Part shown: in pieces, positions 38,919 to 47,236 of the stretch
Position numbering within the stretch: position 1 is the stretch's first letter
Layout: every line of letters starts with the position of its first letter
Assembly (NCBI GenBank): GCA_949291725.1
Contig: CASEWU010000153.1
Coordinates: 1 to 47,323, forward strand
Length of the DNA: 47,323 nucleotides
Source: an uncultured Bacillota bacterium
GTDB lineage: Bacteria > Bacillota > Clostridia > Christensenellales > Borkfalkiaceae
Direction: 5' to 3'
The notes under the pieces: generated by a model
What the model was told of the DNA's origin: nothing
The model's input: only the letters and a program-made list of their open reading frames with translations
The model's database searches: none
Program-made: the position numbers and the translations under genes

Positions 38919-41900
38919 ACTCGTTCGTTATAATAAGGCACGATCGTGCTTTTTTCCCCTTGACGAATTGTCATAAACACGCTTTTTACGCTTTCCGAAA
39001 TTACCGGGACTTTTTGGGGCGGCGTTGCCAAAATCATTTGAAACCCTAACTTTGTGAAAAAATGCAACATGGAATCGATACGGAAGTCATCCATTTTGTC
39101 AAACGCTTCGTCCAACATGATAAGTTTTATCGTATCGTCTTTATAGATCTGATTAAAAGAAGCCGCTATGATGACATAATACGGTACCTGCGTTTCTCCG
39201 CCGCTGCTTTCCGCTCCGACAGAAGAAAAACGAATGATCTTTTCCCCTTCTTTGATCTCAATATCATAATCCAGATAATTGCGGTAATCAGAATATTCAT
39301 CCAAAACCTGGGCTCCGTTTGTATCCTGCGCCCGCAATTTTCCGAACAGATCCTCCATCTCTTCCCTATAACTTGCCTCAAAAGAATCGGTAAACAAGGT
39401 ATATCCGCCCAGATTGCCGTTATCCATGATCATGTCGTACAGACGTTTTTTATTTTTATCCGCGGAATACAAGAAACGATAGAAAACTCCGTTGTAATCG
39501 ATGCCTTTCAGTACCTTATTCAGTTCGTCGAACGTCCTGCGAGCCATTTCTATATTTTCTTTCATCTTAGAAAGGAAAGCCGAACGGAATTCCTCTTCGC
39601 ATTCTTTTTTCCTCTGATCCAGTTTTCCTTCATACTCGGCAAGTTTACTGCGCACCAGTATATCGAGATATTCTTCATATTTTTGCATATCTTCGGGATC
39701 GCAGCCTCGAGAATAATCGCTTTCATTCATTCTGTTAAAATCAGATTGCTGTGCAACAATTTGTTGGCCAAACTTATCTTGTTGTGATTTAAGCCAGGCC
39801 AACCTCGGCGAAAAATTTTCCCTGACCTTCTCCATGCCGATTCTGGTTTTTTCTTGTTCAAGCTTTTGCCCCGCTTCTTCCAGCAACCGGCTTTGTTTTT
39901 CGCGAAATTCCTCTATTTTCTCCAAGCAATCAGAGTCTTTTTGGATATCAGAATCATAAATCTTTTTAAGAGTTTTGATCTGCTCCTCATATCCCCCCTG
40001 CTCTTTTTTCATTTCCCCAATCCGATCCCTGATTTTTTTCAACCTTTTGTCGTATTTTTTGATTTGCTCGTCAAAAGCCAAAAACGACGTGTCCTTTTCC
40101 GCTTTTTTAATATCCTTTTCCAAGGCAGAAATACGTTCACTCAGCTCTTTGATCTCCTGTTCCGCATTGTGATGCTCACGCAGAACACGAATGTCCAAGC
40201 TTATAAACCGCTCTTTGAACTCTTCCGTCGTCTGAAGTTGTTGTTTGATTTCCTGAAAGTCGAAATTGAGTTTTTCCGCTTCTTTTTCCTTTTGCTGTAA
40301 TTGAACCCTGGCCGCATTTTTCCCGATAAACGGTACGCGGTATGACTCAAAAGGTATTCTTCTAACAGCATATCCCTGATACAGCATACAATCGGCTGTT
40401 ATGGCAATTTTGTGCGCGATCAGATCTTCCTCAGTTTGTGCCGTTTTGACGCGCTGTAAAAGGTATTTTGCATAACGGCGCGCATACATATTTTCCGACT
40501 GAACATAGTAAGCGAGAGTATCCGTAAAATCTTCTTCCGCGTCACTCATAAATTTTGTTGTATCGACTACAAAAACGCCGCTGACTTCTCTGCCTAACTC
40601 TCTGTAAATGCGCACCGCCGTTTTAAAATACTGCGGTGAAACGAGCAAAGCAAATTTCTGGGTATTCAAATATCCTTCGATCGCATCGCGCCATGTCTCG
40701 TCCGTGATCTCCAACGCCTCACATAAGAGAGTGACAGAACTATCAATCCCTTCCTCTCGAAATGTCTTTTCGATGGCGGCACGCACTTTTAAAACCGAAT
40801 CACTGTAATTCAGACGATTTTTTTTCAAATTTGCAATTTCCGTGTTTATTTTTTCGCGCGCTTTTTGAACGGCCTCCTTCCGAGAACAAAGAGTATAATA
40901 TTCTCTTTCGTTTTTTTCTTTAAACTCTGCAAAAAGCTGTTCCGCTTGCGTCAGACAAAGAATTCTATCCTCCTGCGTCTGTGCATCTTCCAAAGATTCG
41001 GCGATATTGAAAGAAAGTTTTAAATCATAAAACAATCTCTGCAACGTTTTGCGGCATTCTTCAAATTTCTCATGATTTGCCTTCGCCGTTTTTAAACGGA
41101 ATTCTTTCTCCTTCTTTTCTTCACTGCTATTTTTTATCAGTTGATATGTATCGCTTTTTTCTCTTGCAATATAGACGTCTCTCCGATAGGCGTCTACTTC
41201 CTCCTCTTCCTTTGATAATTGCTCAATTTTATCTTCCTGCTCATCCAAATACCGCCGTTTAGCACGAATCTCTACTTGACTACTCTTAATTTTCTCTTTC
41301 AAAGTTTCATGCTCGGCAAGCGTCAACATGATATCGATCTTTTCTGTTTCCGTTTTACAATCGGATATTTTGCGATAGGTTTCGCAAATTTCCTGCAACT
41401 TTAAGATTTTCTCTTTTGTTTGTACAATCAGCATCTCCATTTCGCTGACGGAATCGATATCTTGCCGCAAGCGCTGCACGTCCACTTTATTCTCCGGCAA
41501 TAAAAATCGGGTAATAAATTCCTTGATATCCTTCATGGGTTTAAAAGCAAGAGATTTTGGGATCAACTCCTGAATTTTATAATCGAGGTTCCCCAATCTC
41601 TGTAAAATGCGGGCTTTTGCCTCTTCATCCGTTTTTATACATGAAATTTTCTTGCCGCGCGCGGTAAAATCGGCTGATTCCGAAACCGGCTTATTGTCTT
41701 TAATAAATACAATATCTTCCAATCTGCAATTTTCGATAAACCAACCGCGCCGAATTTGTCCCTCTTCGCTGGGAGAATCCAATTTAACGCCAACAACAAA
41801 ATTTTGACGCTTTGACTCTTCGTAAAATTCCAACGCAACAAAAGAAGTTACTTTTCCGTTTCGTTTATAAGTTTTTCCTTCACCGCCCGTCTTGCAGCGC

Positions 41901-42115
41901 ACATAACCTTTTAAATCCCGTCGACTGTTTTCATTTGCAGCCTTATTGAAGGACTTTCCGCCCGCAGTCAAGACATATTGCAACGCGTCTAAAACAGTAG
42001 ATTTTCCCGATCCGTTGTCTCCGAAAAAAAGAGCGGAATCCTGTACTTCTATTTCCTCATTTTCAAAATAGTGCCAGTTGATCAGTTTAATTTTCTTCAG
42101 GATCTTCCTGTTCAT
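38915..42115 (-). CDS. jetC: Wadjet JetC (SMC/MukB-like ATPase)
   Basis: LINWH, GDNGSGKST, long coiled coils, DYRNYLDY, SSGGETQVPYY, LDEAFDKMD. Confidence 0.93.
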   Translation of the reverse strand: MNRKILKKIKLINWHYFENEEIEVQDSALFFGDNGSGKSTVLDALQYVLTAGGKSFNKAANENSRRDLKGYVRCKTGGEGKTYKRNGKVTSFVALEFYEESKRQNFVVGVKLDSPSEEGQIRRGWFIENCRLEDIVFIKDNKPVSESADFTARGKKISCIKTDEEAKARILQRLGNLDYKIQELIPKSLAFKPMKDIKEFITRFLLPENKVDVQRLRQDIDSVSEMEMLIVQTKEKILKLQEICETYRKISDCKTETEKIDIMLTLAEHETLKEKIKSSQVEIRAKRRYLDEQEDKIEQLSKEEEEVDAYRRDVYIAREKSDTYQLIKNSSEEKKEKEFRLKTAKANHEKFEECRKTLQRLFYDLKLSFNIAESLEDAQTQEDRILCLTQAEQLFAEFKEKNEREYYTLCSRKEAVQKAREKINTEIANLKKNRLNYSDSVLKVRAAIEKTFREEGIDSSVTLLCEALEITDETWRDAIEGYLNTQKFALLVSPQYFKTAVRIYRELGREVSGVFVVDTTKFMSDAEEDFTDTLAYYVQSENMYARRYAKYLLQRVKTAQTEEDLIAHKIAITADCMLYQGYAVRRIPFESYRVPFIGKNAARVQLQQKEKEAEKLNFDFQEIKQQLQTTEEFKERFISLDIRVLREHHNAEQEIKELSERISALEKDIKKAEKDTSFLAFDEQIKKYDKRLKKIRDRIGEMKKEQGGYEEQIKTLKKIYDSDIQKDSDCLEKIEEFREKQSRLLEEAGQKLEQEKTRIGMEKVRENFSPRLAWLKSQQDKFGQQIVAQQSDFNRMNESDYSRGCDPEDMQKYEEYLDILVRSKLAEYEGKLDQRKKECEEEFRSAFLSKMKENIEMARRTFDELNKVLKGIDYNGVFYRFLYSADKNKKRLYDMIMDNGNLGGYTLFTDSFEASYREEMEDLFGKLRAQDTNGAQVLDEYSDYRNYLDYDIEIKEGEKIIRFSSVGAESSGGETQVPYYVIIAASFNQIYKDDTIKLIMLDEAFDKMDDFRIDSMLHFFTKLGFQMILATPPQKVPVISESVKSVFMTIRQGEKSTIVPYYNERV

Positions 42116-42701
42116 CGGCAGCGCCTCCTCTTTTCAAATCCCCCAACATACTCTCTGTTTCCGCATATAACTGATCGATCGAACTGTTCGGAAGCGCAAA
42201 CAAAATTGTCGGATAAATTTCAATTTGCGTATCGTCAGGCTTATCCTGCGGATATACTTTCGCCAATTTATATCTTCGAAACAACCGCAACACTTCGTCC
42301 CTTCTGACTTTATCGATCCTCGGTTTTTGCGATATTTTCAGCAAAGCATACTTATTTGCAAATTCTTCCCACGTAACGCGTATTTCTGTATTTTCATTCA
42401 AAGATTTTTTCTTTTCGATATATAGCAACCGCAACAGCAAAATCATTACACTGTCATCTTTTTTTAAACGAATACGTCCGTTTCCGTCCGGATTTACAAG
42501 GTGGATAACATTGTTATGTTCATAAATATTTACAGTGTAACCGATCGTACTAAAAAAATCCGAAAACTTTTCTCGGTTCTGAATAACAAACAAATAATCG
42601 TCCGGTTCCCGTTTTTTTATCAAAAAGCACTCGTTCAATAACTTATTTGCCACGTCTTTAAATCTCTGATTGTTACGGTCTGATTCAAACAGCTTCATCA
42701 T
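42087..42701 (-). CDS. jetB: Wadjet JetB (DUF4194, kite)
   Basis: NKLLNECFL, LLLRLLYIEK, IYPTILF; position between jetA and jetC. Confidence 0.88.
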   Translation of the reverse strand: MMKLFESDRNNQRFKDVANKLLNECFLIKKREPDDYLFVIQNREKFSDFFSTIGYTVNIYEHNNVIHLVNPDGNGRIRLKKDDSVMILLLRLLYIEKKKSLNENTEIRVTWEEFANKYALLKISQKPRIDKVRRDEVLRLFRRYKLAKVYPQDKPDDTQIEIYPTILFALPNSSIDQLYAETESMLGDLKRGGAADEQEDPEEN

Positions 42702-44099
42702 TTACCTCACTATACGGAAATCTGCAAAGCGAAAACCGTTTACCCGTATCATTTTTCCGGTAGGCTCCACACGATAGCCGGTTCCTTTCTTCCCTGCGAA
42801 AAAACGTACAAAAATCAATTTGATAAAATCCTCGTTTGTACTCAGGGGAAACGCAGATCCCAGCATCATTCCTTTATCACTCAATACTGTGTCAACATAC
42901 TCGCAAATACTTTTTTGCGTTACCAACGCTTTCAGCTTTTGATCCATTTGCTCTCGTTGCCTTGCAAGTTCCGAATCATCAAAACATTCCTCACTGAATT
43001 GTTCTCCATTGTTTTCACCCTTACTCTCTCTCGGTGTATAAAATGATTCTCCGTCCAAAAATCCCGATTGAAAAATATCAAAAATGTGTAAAAAAGTTTC
43101 CTCTTCTTCCTGCATTTCTTCTTTTCCTGTATTCCACTTATGAACGTACATCTCTAAGATCTTATTTAACTTTCCTTCAATATTTTTATCCGTCGACAGT
43201 AAAAACTTCGCACGTTCGATGGCACTGTTGATATATCGAACATTTTTATTTTCTATTTCTTCAATGATCGCGTCGTAGTTCTTTAATTCGCCTTTCAGAT
43301 AATGAACCAGCCCCTTAATTTCCGACTCTGCTTTTACAGGATCTTCCTCATTCTGAACTACCATATACCCCCTAATGGTACGCGCGAGTATATCCTCATC
43401 TTCTGTAAAGCGGTTTAATCTGTCCAAAATTTGCGGACGGTAACGAGAAATATTGTCACCAGTCTTTAATCTGTGATATGCTTTTGAACCGATCTCTTTA
43501 TGATAAGTAAAATAGTCCTCAATAATTTCTGCCGCATCTTTGTTTTCAGTAGCCTTATCAATATATTTTTTGATGGAAGTATTCAGCTTTTTCAGCTCTT
43601 TAATGAGCCTTTCTATATTTTCTTGTAACCCGATCAAAACATTTTCGTAAGGTTTTTGGCGATACGCATCTTCGTTGACCGCAATACTATAAATGGTTTG
43701 GATAATACTTTGATATTCCGCCTCTTCCTCTGAAACGATTTTACGAAATGACTCCAAAATTGTTATCGCATAGTCATTGAAATAAATTCGGCTTATATAA
43801 TTTTTCCCGATTTCTTCATCGATCCAGCCAAATCCCTTTAATTTTCTTATAAACTCCAAAGCGACTGACCTTCCATCCGCAAAGCTTTCCTCACCTTCCT
43901 CTTCAAACACAAAATTTTTTTGATTTCGTTCTTCGAAATAATCGGAAAGACGTTCAACAACAATACTTTTCTCTTCACTGTTGCTCATTTGATATTTGCA
44001 ACACTCATAGATCATATTCAAACAATCAAGATAAACTTCTTTATATGAACTTGTCAAGGGCTTAAAGAAAGACGCCCCCACTATATTAAAAAAACTCAT
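42702..44099 (-). CDS. jetA: Wadjet JetA (DUF5716-like kleisin)
   Basis: FFKPLTS, LKGFGWI, YHRLKTGDNISRYR, ESFYTPR; first of a four-gene SMC cassette. Confidence 0.88.
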   Translation of the reverse strand: MSFFNIVGASFFKPLTSSYKEVYLDCLNMIYECCKYQMSNSEEKSIVVERLSDYFEERNQKNFVFEEEGEESFADGRSVALEFIRKLKGFGWIDEEIGKNYISRIYFNDYAITILESFRKIVSEEEAEYQSIIQTIYSIAVNEDAYRQKPYENVLIGLQENIERLIKELKKLNTSIKKYIDKATENKDAAEIIEDYFTYHKEIGSKAYHRLKTGDNISRYRPQILDRLNRFTEDEDILARTIRGYMVVQNEEDPVKAESEIKGLVHYLKGELKNYDAIIEEIENKNVRYINSAIERAKFLLSTDKNIEGKLNKILEMYVHKWNTGKEEMQEEEETFLHIFDIFQSGFLDGESFYTPRESKGENNGEQFSEECFDDSELARQREQMDQKLKALVTQKSICEYVDTVLSDKGMMLGSAFPLSTNEDFIKLIFVRFFAGKKGTGYRVEPTGKMIRVNGFRFADFRIVR

Positions 44100-44145
44100 A
44101 GCATATATCCTGCCTTAAATTCTATTTTCCCTTTTGTATTTTAGC

Positions 44146-44179
44146 ATATAATACAGGCATACGTATGCCTGTATTATAT
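44146..44179. repeat. Perfect 34-bp palindrome between the XRE gene and jetA
   Basis: ATATAATACAGGCATAC|GTATGCCTGTATTATAT, checked base by base. Confidence 0.95.
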
Positions 44180-44362
44180 TTTTTTCAAATTTTTTTCAAC
44201 ACAAAATTGTTCAAAACGTTGCAGGGCTTCATAGGTCGGATTATTATGGCTGTTTTCCCAACGATTGATCGTCGCAAAGGATACACCCAATTCTTTTGCC
44301 ATTTCTTCCTGACTCAGATTTAATGCTAAGCGTACTTGCTTTACTCTTTCCCCAAAGGTCAT
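44174..44362 (-). CDS. XRE-family regulator (controller-like) heading the jet operon
   Basis: VKQVRLALNLSQEEMAKELGVSFATINRWEN. Confidence 0.92.
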   Translation of the reverse strand: MTFGERVKQVRLALNLSQEEMAKELGVSFATINRWENSHNNPTYEALQRFEQFCVEKNLKKI

Positions 44363-44395
44363 ATTGGCATCCTCTAAATATAATTCCTGATTTAA

Positions 44396-44424
44396 ATTAT
44401 AACATGCCTGTTATATGTTTTCAA
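44396..44424 (-). promoter_or_regulatory. SigA promoter with an operator overlapping spacer and -10
   Basis: TTGAAA-17-TATAAT with TGn; inverted repeat TATAACA-n4-TGTTATA at 44398-44415. Confidence 0.8.
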
Positions 44425-44547
44425 TAGTATTACAAAAAAACAGACTAATAAAATAAAAAACGACCCCGCAGAAAAGTATTCTACGGGGGCGGCTTTACAA
44501 GCAAATCATGCCATAGATGTCTTGCTGTCTGTTTTTACAATTTCCTC

Positions 44548-45642
44548 TTAACCCTTAATCTGTGCTTTGATTTCCTCCATGATCTTGCGGCAGATTTGCA
44601 GGTTCAGCTTAAAATCTTCGGCGAGTGCAAGGATGTCCGCATCCGAAGGGTTCCCAACACCGTTGACGGTCATTTCGTGCTCGAATTTTCCGACCGTTTT
44701 CGTCAAATCATACGCGGGCGAAAGGAGATAGCCCCCTATCTCCTCATGATACAAGAACGCAAAATTTTTGCTGTGGTCGTCCTTGTTGCCGTAATAAACA
44801 TTAAAACACATACGGCGAAAGACCTCGTACATCTCCCTCAAATCGGCGCAAATATTCTCCGTCACGTTGAACAGGTGCCCGTAGTCGAGATTGGGCTGAC
44901 GGTGCGTCGTTTCCAACAGCGCAGCGAGCGATAGAACATGCAGGCGCTTTCCTGCCTTCCGGTCAAACCGCTTTGCGCCGAAATACCCCGAACACATCCG
45001 CGACGGGAACAGGCGAAATTCGCTGACATCGATTCCGCACTCCCGCGCCGCAACGTTTGCCCTGTATTCCAGCTCCCCGACGTCTTGCGGATCGATGCGG
45101 CAGGGAAATTTCACGATCCACTCCTCCCCGTCGATGTGAAGATGTGCCTTGGGCCGCGCTCCTCCGCTCGAACCGCCTAAACGATAGACGGCGTCCAGAT
45201 CGTCCGCATTTTCATCGTTGAGGATCTTATCCACCTCGCGCGCAAGCGTATCGAAATCGGGCGCGTCTGCACTTTCGCCCGTAAATTGCGACGGCTCGTA
45301 ATTTAATCCGCCCAGCCCGTTTTCACCGATCAACGAAAGCTTGGTAAGCGGCGAAAGCCTGTCGTAATTGATTCCCTGCTTTGCCAGATACCGCTTGACG
45401 AGCAATTCGCCCCAACCGTCGGGAAGACTGTCCCAAAACACACCGTACAACCCGTCGAACTGTTTTTTTTTGCTCACAAAGATCTCTTTGCGCAGCGGCA
45501 AAGACAGCGGCGAAATCGAAAACCCGCCTTTCAGCCACCCGTCGTCGTACTGAAAGCCAATGACGCCCTCCTCAATTTGCGCGAGATACCCGACGGTCCG
45601 CCCGTTGTAGCGAACCGTAACTTTTTTGACTTCCGCGATCAT
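44548..45642 (-). CDS. hipA: HipA-family kinase toxin
   Basis: N-terminal couple domain (FQYD..W...ISP.SLPL, DSLPDGWG), GGSSGGARPK, IVKFP, RFDR, GNKDDHSKN, LSPAYD. Confidence 0.95.
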   Translation of the reverse strand: MIAEVKKVTVRYNGRTVGYLAQIEEGVIGFQYDDGWLKGGFSISPLSLPLRKEIFVSKKKQFDGLYGVFWDSLPDGWGELLVKRYLAKQGINYDRLSPLTKLSLIGENGLGGLNYEPSQFTGESADAPDFDTLAREVDKILNDENADDLDAVYRLGGSSGGARPKAHLHIDGEEWIVKFPCRIDPQDVGELEYRANVAARECGIDVSEFRLFPSRMCSGYFGAKRFDRKAGKRLHVLSLAALLETTHRQPNLDYGHLFNVTENICADLREMYEVFRRMCFNVYYGNKDDHSKNFAFLYHEEIGGYLLSPAYDLTKTVGKFEHEMTVNGVGNPSDADILALAEDFKLNLQICRKIMEEIKAQIKG

Positions 45643-45929
45643 CCCTGAAACTCCTTCAAATCAACGATCATCTTTGTCCGAAAGAGCATGTCAAAATCTT
45701 GCAGGCAATCAAGCGCCTGCGCGATGCGCAAAAGCGACGACAGGGAAATTTCCCCTTCCGTTTCAAACCGCCGCACGGACGCATAGCTCACCCCCGAACG
45801 GACGGCGAGCTGTTTTTGCGAGAGTTCCCGCTCTTTCCTGCGTGCCCGCACGCGCTCCACAAGCGCGCCAAGCACCGATTGCCTTGTCGGAACATCGACA
45901 AATTCATGAAGATCGTATTTTTGTTTCAT
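45639..45929 (-). CDS. hipB: HipB-like XRE antitoxin
   Basis: RARRKERELSQKQLAVRSGVSYASVRRFETEGEISL; ATGA overlap with hipA. Confidence 0.88.
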   Translation of the reverse strand: MKQKYDLHEFVDVPTRQSVLGALVERVRARRKERELSQKQLAVRSGVSYASVRRFETEGEISLSSLLRIAQALDCLQDFDMLFRTKMIVDLKEFQG

Positions 45930-45967
45930 AGTGCTAATATTTTAGCACTTTTTTTATATTTTGTCTA
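45930..45967 (-). promoter_or_regulatory. hipBA promoter with autoregulatory operator
   Basis: TAGACA-17-TAAAAT (TGn); inverted repeat AGTGCTAA-n4-TTAGCACT at 45930-45949 directly before the ATG. Confidence 0.7.
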
Positions 45968-46086
45968 TAAATTGCGCATATATTAGCGATATTTTTTAAA
46001 ATACTGATATTAAAACATTACGCCGCATCAAAAGCTCAAAGTTTATTGTAACTGAAAATCATAGAGCCTTATTATCTTTTAACACC

Positions 46087-46122
46087 GGAACGGCGGACAA
46101 AATTGTCCGCCGTTCCTTTTTT
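46087..46122 (+). terminator. Terminator hairpin
   Basis: GGAACGGCGGACAA/TTGTCCGCCGTTCC plus T6 on plus. Confidence 0.75.
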
Positions 46123-46159
46123 GATTGCTGTAAATTAACCTGTTGAATTCCAAAACAGT

Positions 46160-46315
46160 TCAGCACGCTTCCACTTTTACCGTGAACTCTGCTCCGTCCA
46201 CAAATTTTACATGCAGCCCATCTTCTTCCCTTGCGACTTTTGCAATAAACTCGTCCTTCATCATTGTTTCCAAGTATTGAATCAGTTCTTCCGCCTTCAT
46301 TTTTCTTTCTGACAT
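46160..46315 (-). CDS. Small acidic hypothetical protein (51 aa)
   Basis: AAGGAGG RBS 8 nt before MSERK; divergent from the double-HTH gene. Confidence 0.7.
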   Translation of the reverse strand: MSERKMKAEELIQYLETMMKDEFIAKVAREEDGLHVKFVDGAEFTVKVEAC

Positions 46316-46491
46316 TTCGCCAGCCTCCTTTTTATTCTTAACGTTGCGCACCGTTAATTCCTATTTAGTATACTTGATTTTCGTGGGAATATCAAGCATT
46401 GCAAGCCATCAAAATGACATAATATTATTGATTCATTTAAAACGTTTGACGAATTTTGTCGAAAACTTTTTGCTGAGGGAGGAACAGCTCT

Positions 46492-46929
46492 ATGGATCAT
46501 TTTAATTACTTCGGAGATTGCCTGAAAGAACTTCTTGTCGACAGCGGCATGTCCATCAAAGAACTTTCCGAAAAAACCAAAATACGCTTATCAAGACTTT
46601 ACGACTTTTTGAATAAAGAACACATTCCTTCTTTGGAAAACGCTATCAAAATTGCCGATGTCTTTCGTTGCCCTTTAGACTATCTGTTTGGTTTCGTCGC
46701 TGACTTCACTCCGCAAACGTTTACCGTAACAGGCAGCGTTTCAGAAAACGTGAAGGCAGCCATGGATAACTCCAAGATGACCAGATATCAAATCCACAAA
46801 AAGACTAACATAGACGAGTCACAACTTCTGCGTTGGTACGCAGGAAAACAAACTCCATCCCTTGTCAGTCTCATTACTTTAGCAACTGCACTCGATCTCT
46901 CAATTGATACCCTTTTGGGGAGAAAATAG
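46492..46929 (+). CDS. Tandem double XRE-HTH regulator
   Basis: Two HTH_3 units, ending PSLENAIKIADVF.CPLDYLFG and PSLVSLITLATALDLSIDTLLG; GGAGG RBS. Confidence 0.9.
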   Translation: MDHFNYFGDCLKELLVDSGMSIKELSEKTKIRLSRLYDFLNKEHIPSLENAIKIADVFRCPLDYLFGFVADFTPQTFTVTGSVSENVKAAMDNSKMTRYQIHKKTNIDESQLLRWYAGKQTPSLVSLITLATALDLSIDTLLGRK

Positions 46930-47037
46930 GGAAAAAATGGGGAGAAAACAAAGAAAAACGGCCCCGTAGGAGAAAATCCCACGGGGCTGATTTTGTTCTT
47001 TCGCACCGACTCTTGATCTCGGGGAAAATTTGGGGAA
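46913..47037. repeat. Putative integrase arm-type sites, right end
   Basis: TTTTGGGGAG at 46913, TGGGGAG at ~46938, TCGGGGAA at 47019, TTTGGGGAA at 47029. Confidence 0.6.
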
Positions 47038-47130
47038 TTGAAAATTTGAATTGCTGAAAAACAAAGGTTTTTCTATAAAAACTAGGCAAAAAAGCGGCTT
47101 TTTTGATGCTTGTTTTAGGGCCTTGACTGC

Positions 47131-47236
47131 CTTAAAATCAGGCGGGATCGTGTGTTTTTAATTAAAAATAACTATCGTTGAATAATTTTTTATTTGCCGC
47201 TGTGGAGAAATTGCCAAACGCAAAAGAATTAAAATC
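47131..47236 (+). repeat. Right copy of the direct repeat, including degenerate 5' half of tRNA-Leu (copy B, 47196-47236)
   Basis: 87/107 identity to 28904-29010; GCCGCTGTGGAGAAATTGCCAAACGCAAAAGAATTAAAATC, after which similarity to the tRNA stops. Confidence 0.9.

Larger units (their letters stand above)
29002..47139. mobile_element. ~18-kb tyrosine-integrase defence island at tRNA-Leu (alternative left boundary 28904)
   Basis: Integrase next to the tRNA; CTTAAAATC core at both ends; TTGGGGAA arm-like repeats inside both ends; AT-rich defence cargo; no relaxase, T4SS or capsid genes seen. Confidence 0.85.

Noticed and set aside
29291-46929. Calling the island a prophage or a complete ICE
   Set aside because: No terminase, capsid, tail, relaxase, coupling protein or VirB4 recognised
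47196-47236. Functional second tRNA-Leu
   Set aside because: No variable arm, T-arm or 3' acceptor strand; D-loop GG and anticodon stem are mutated
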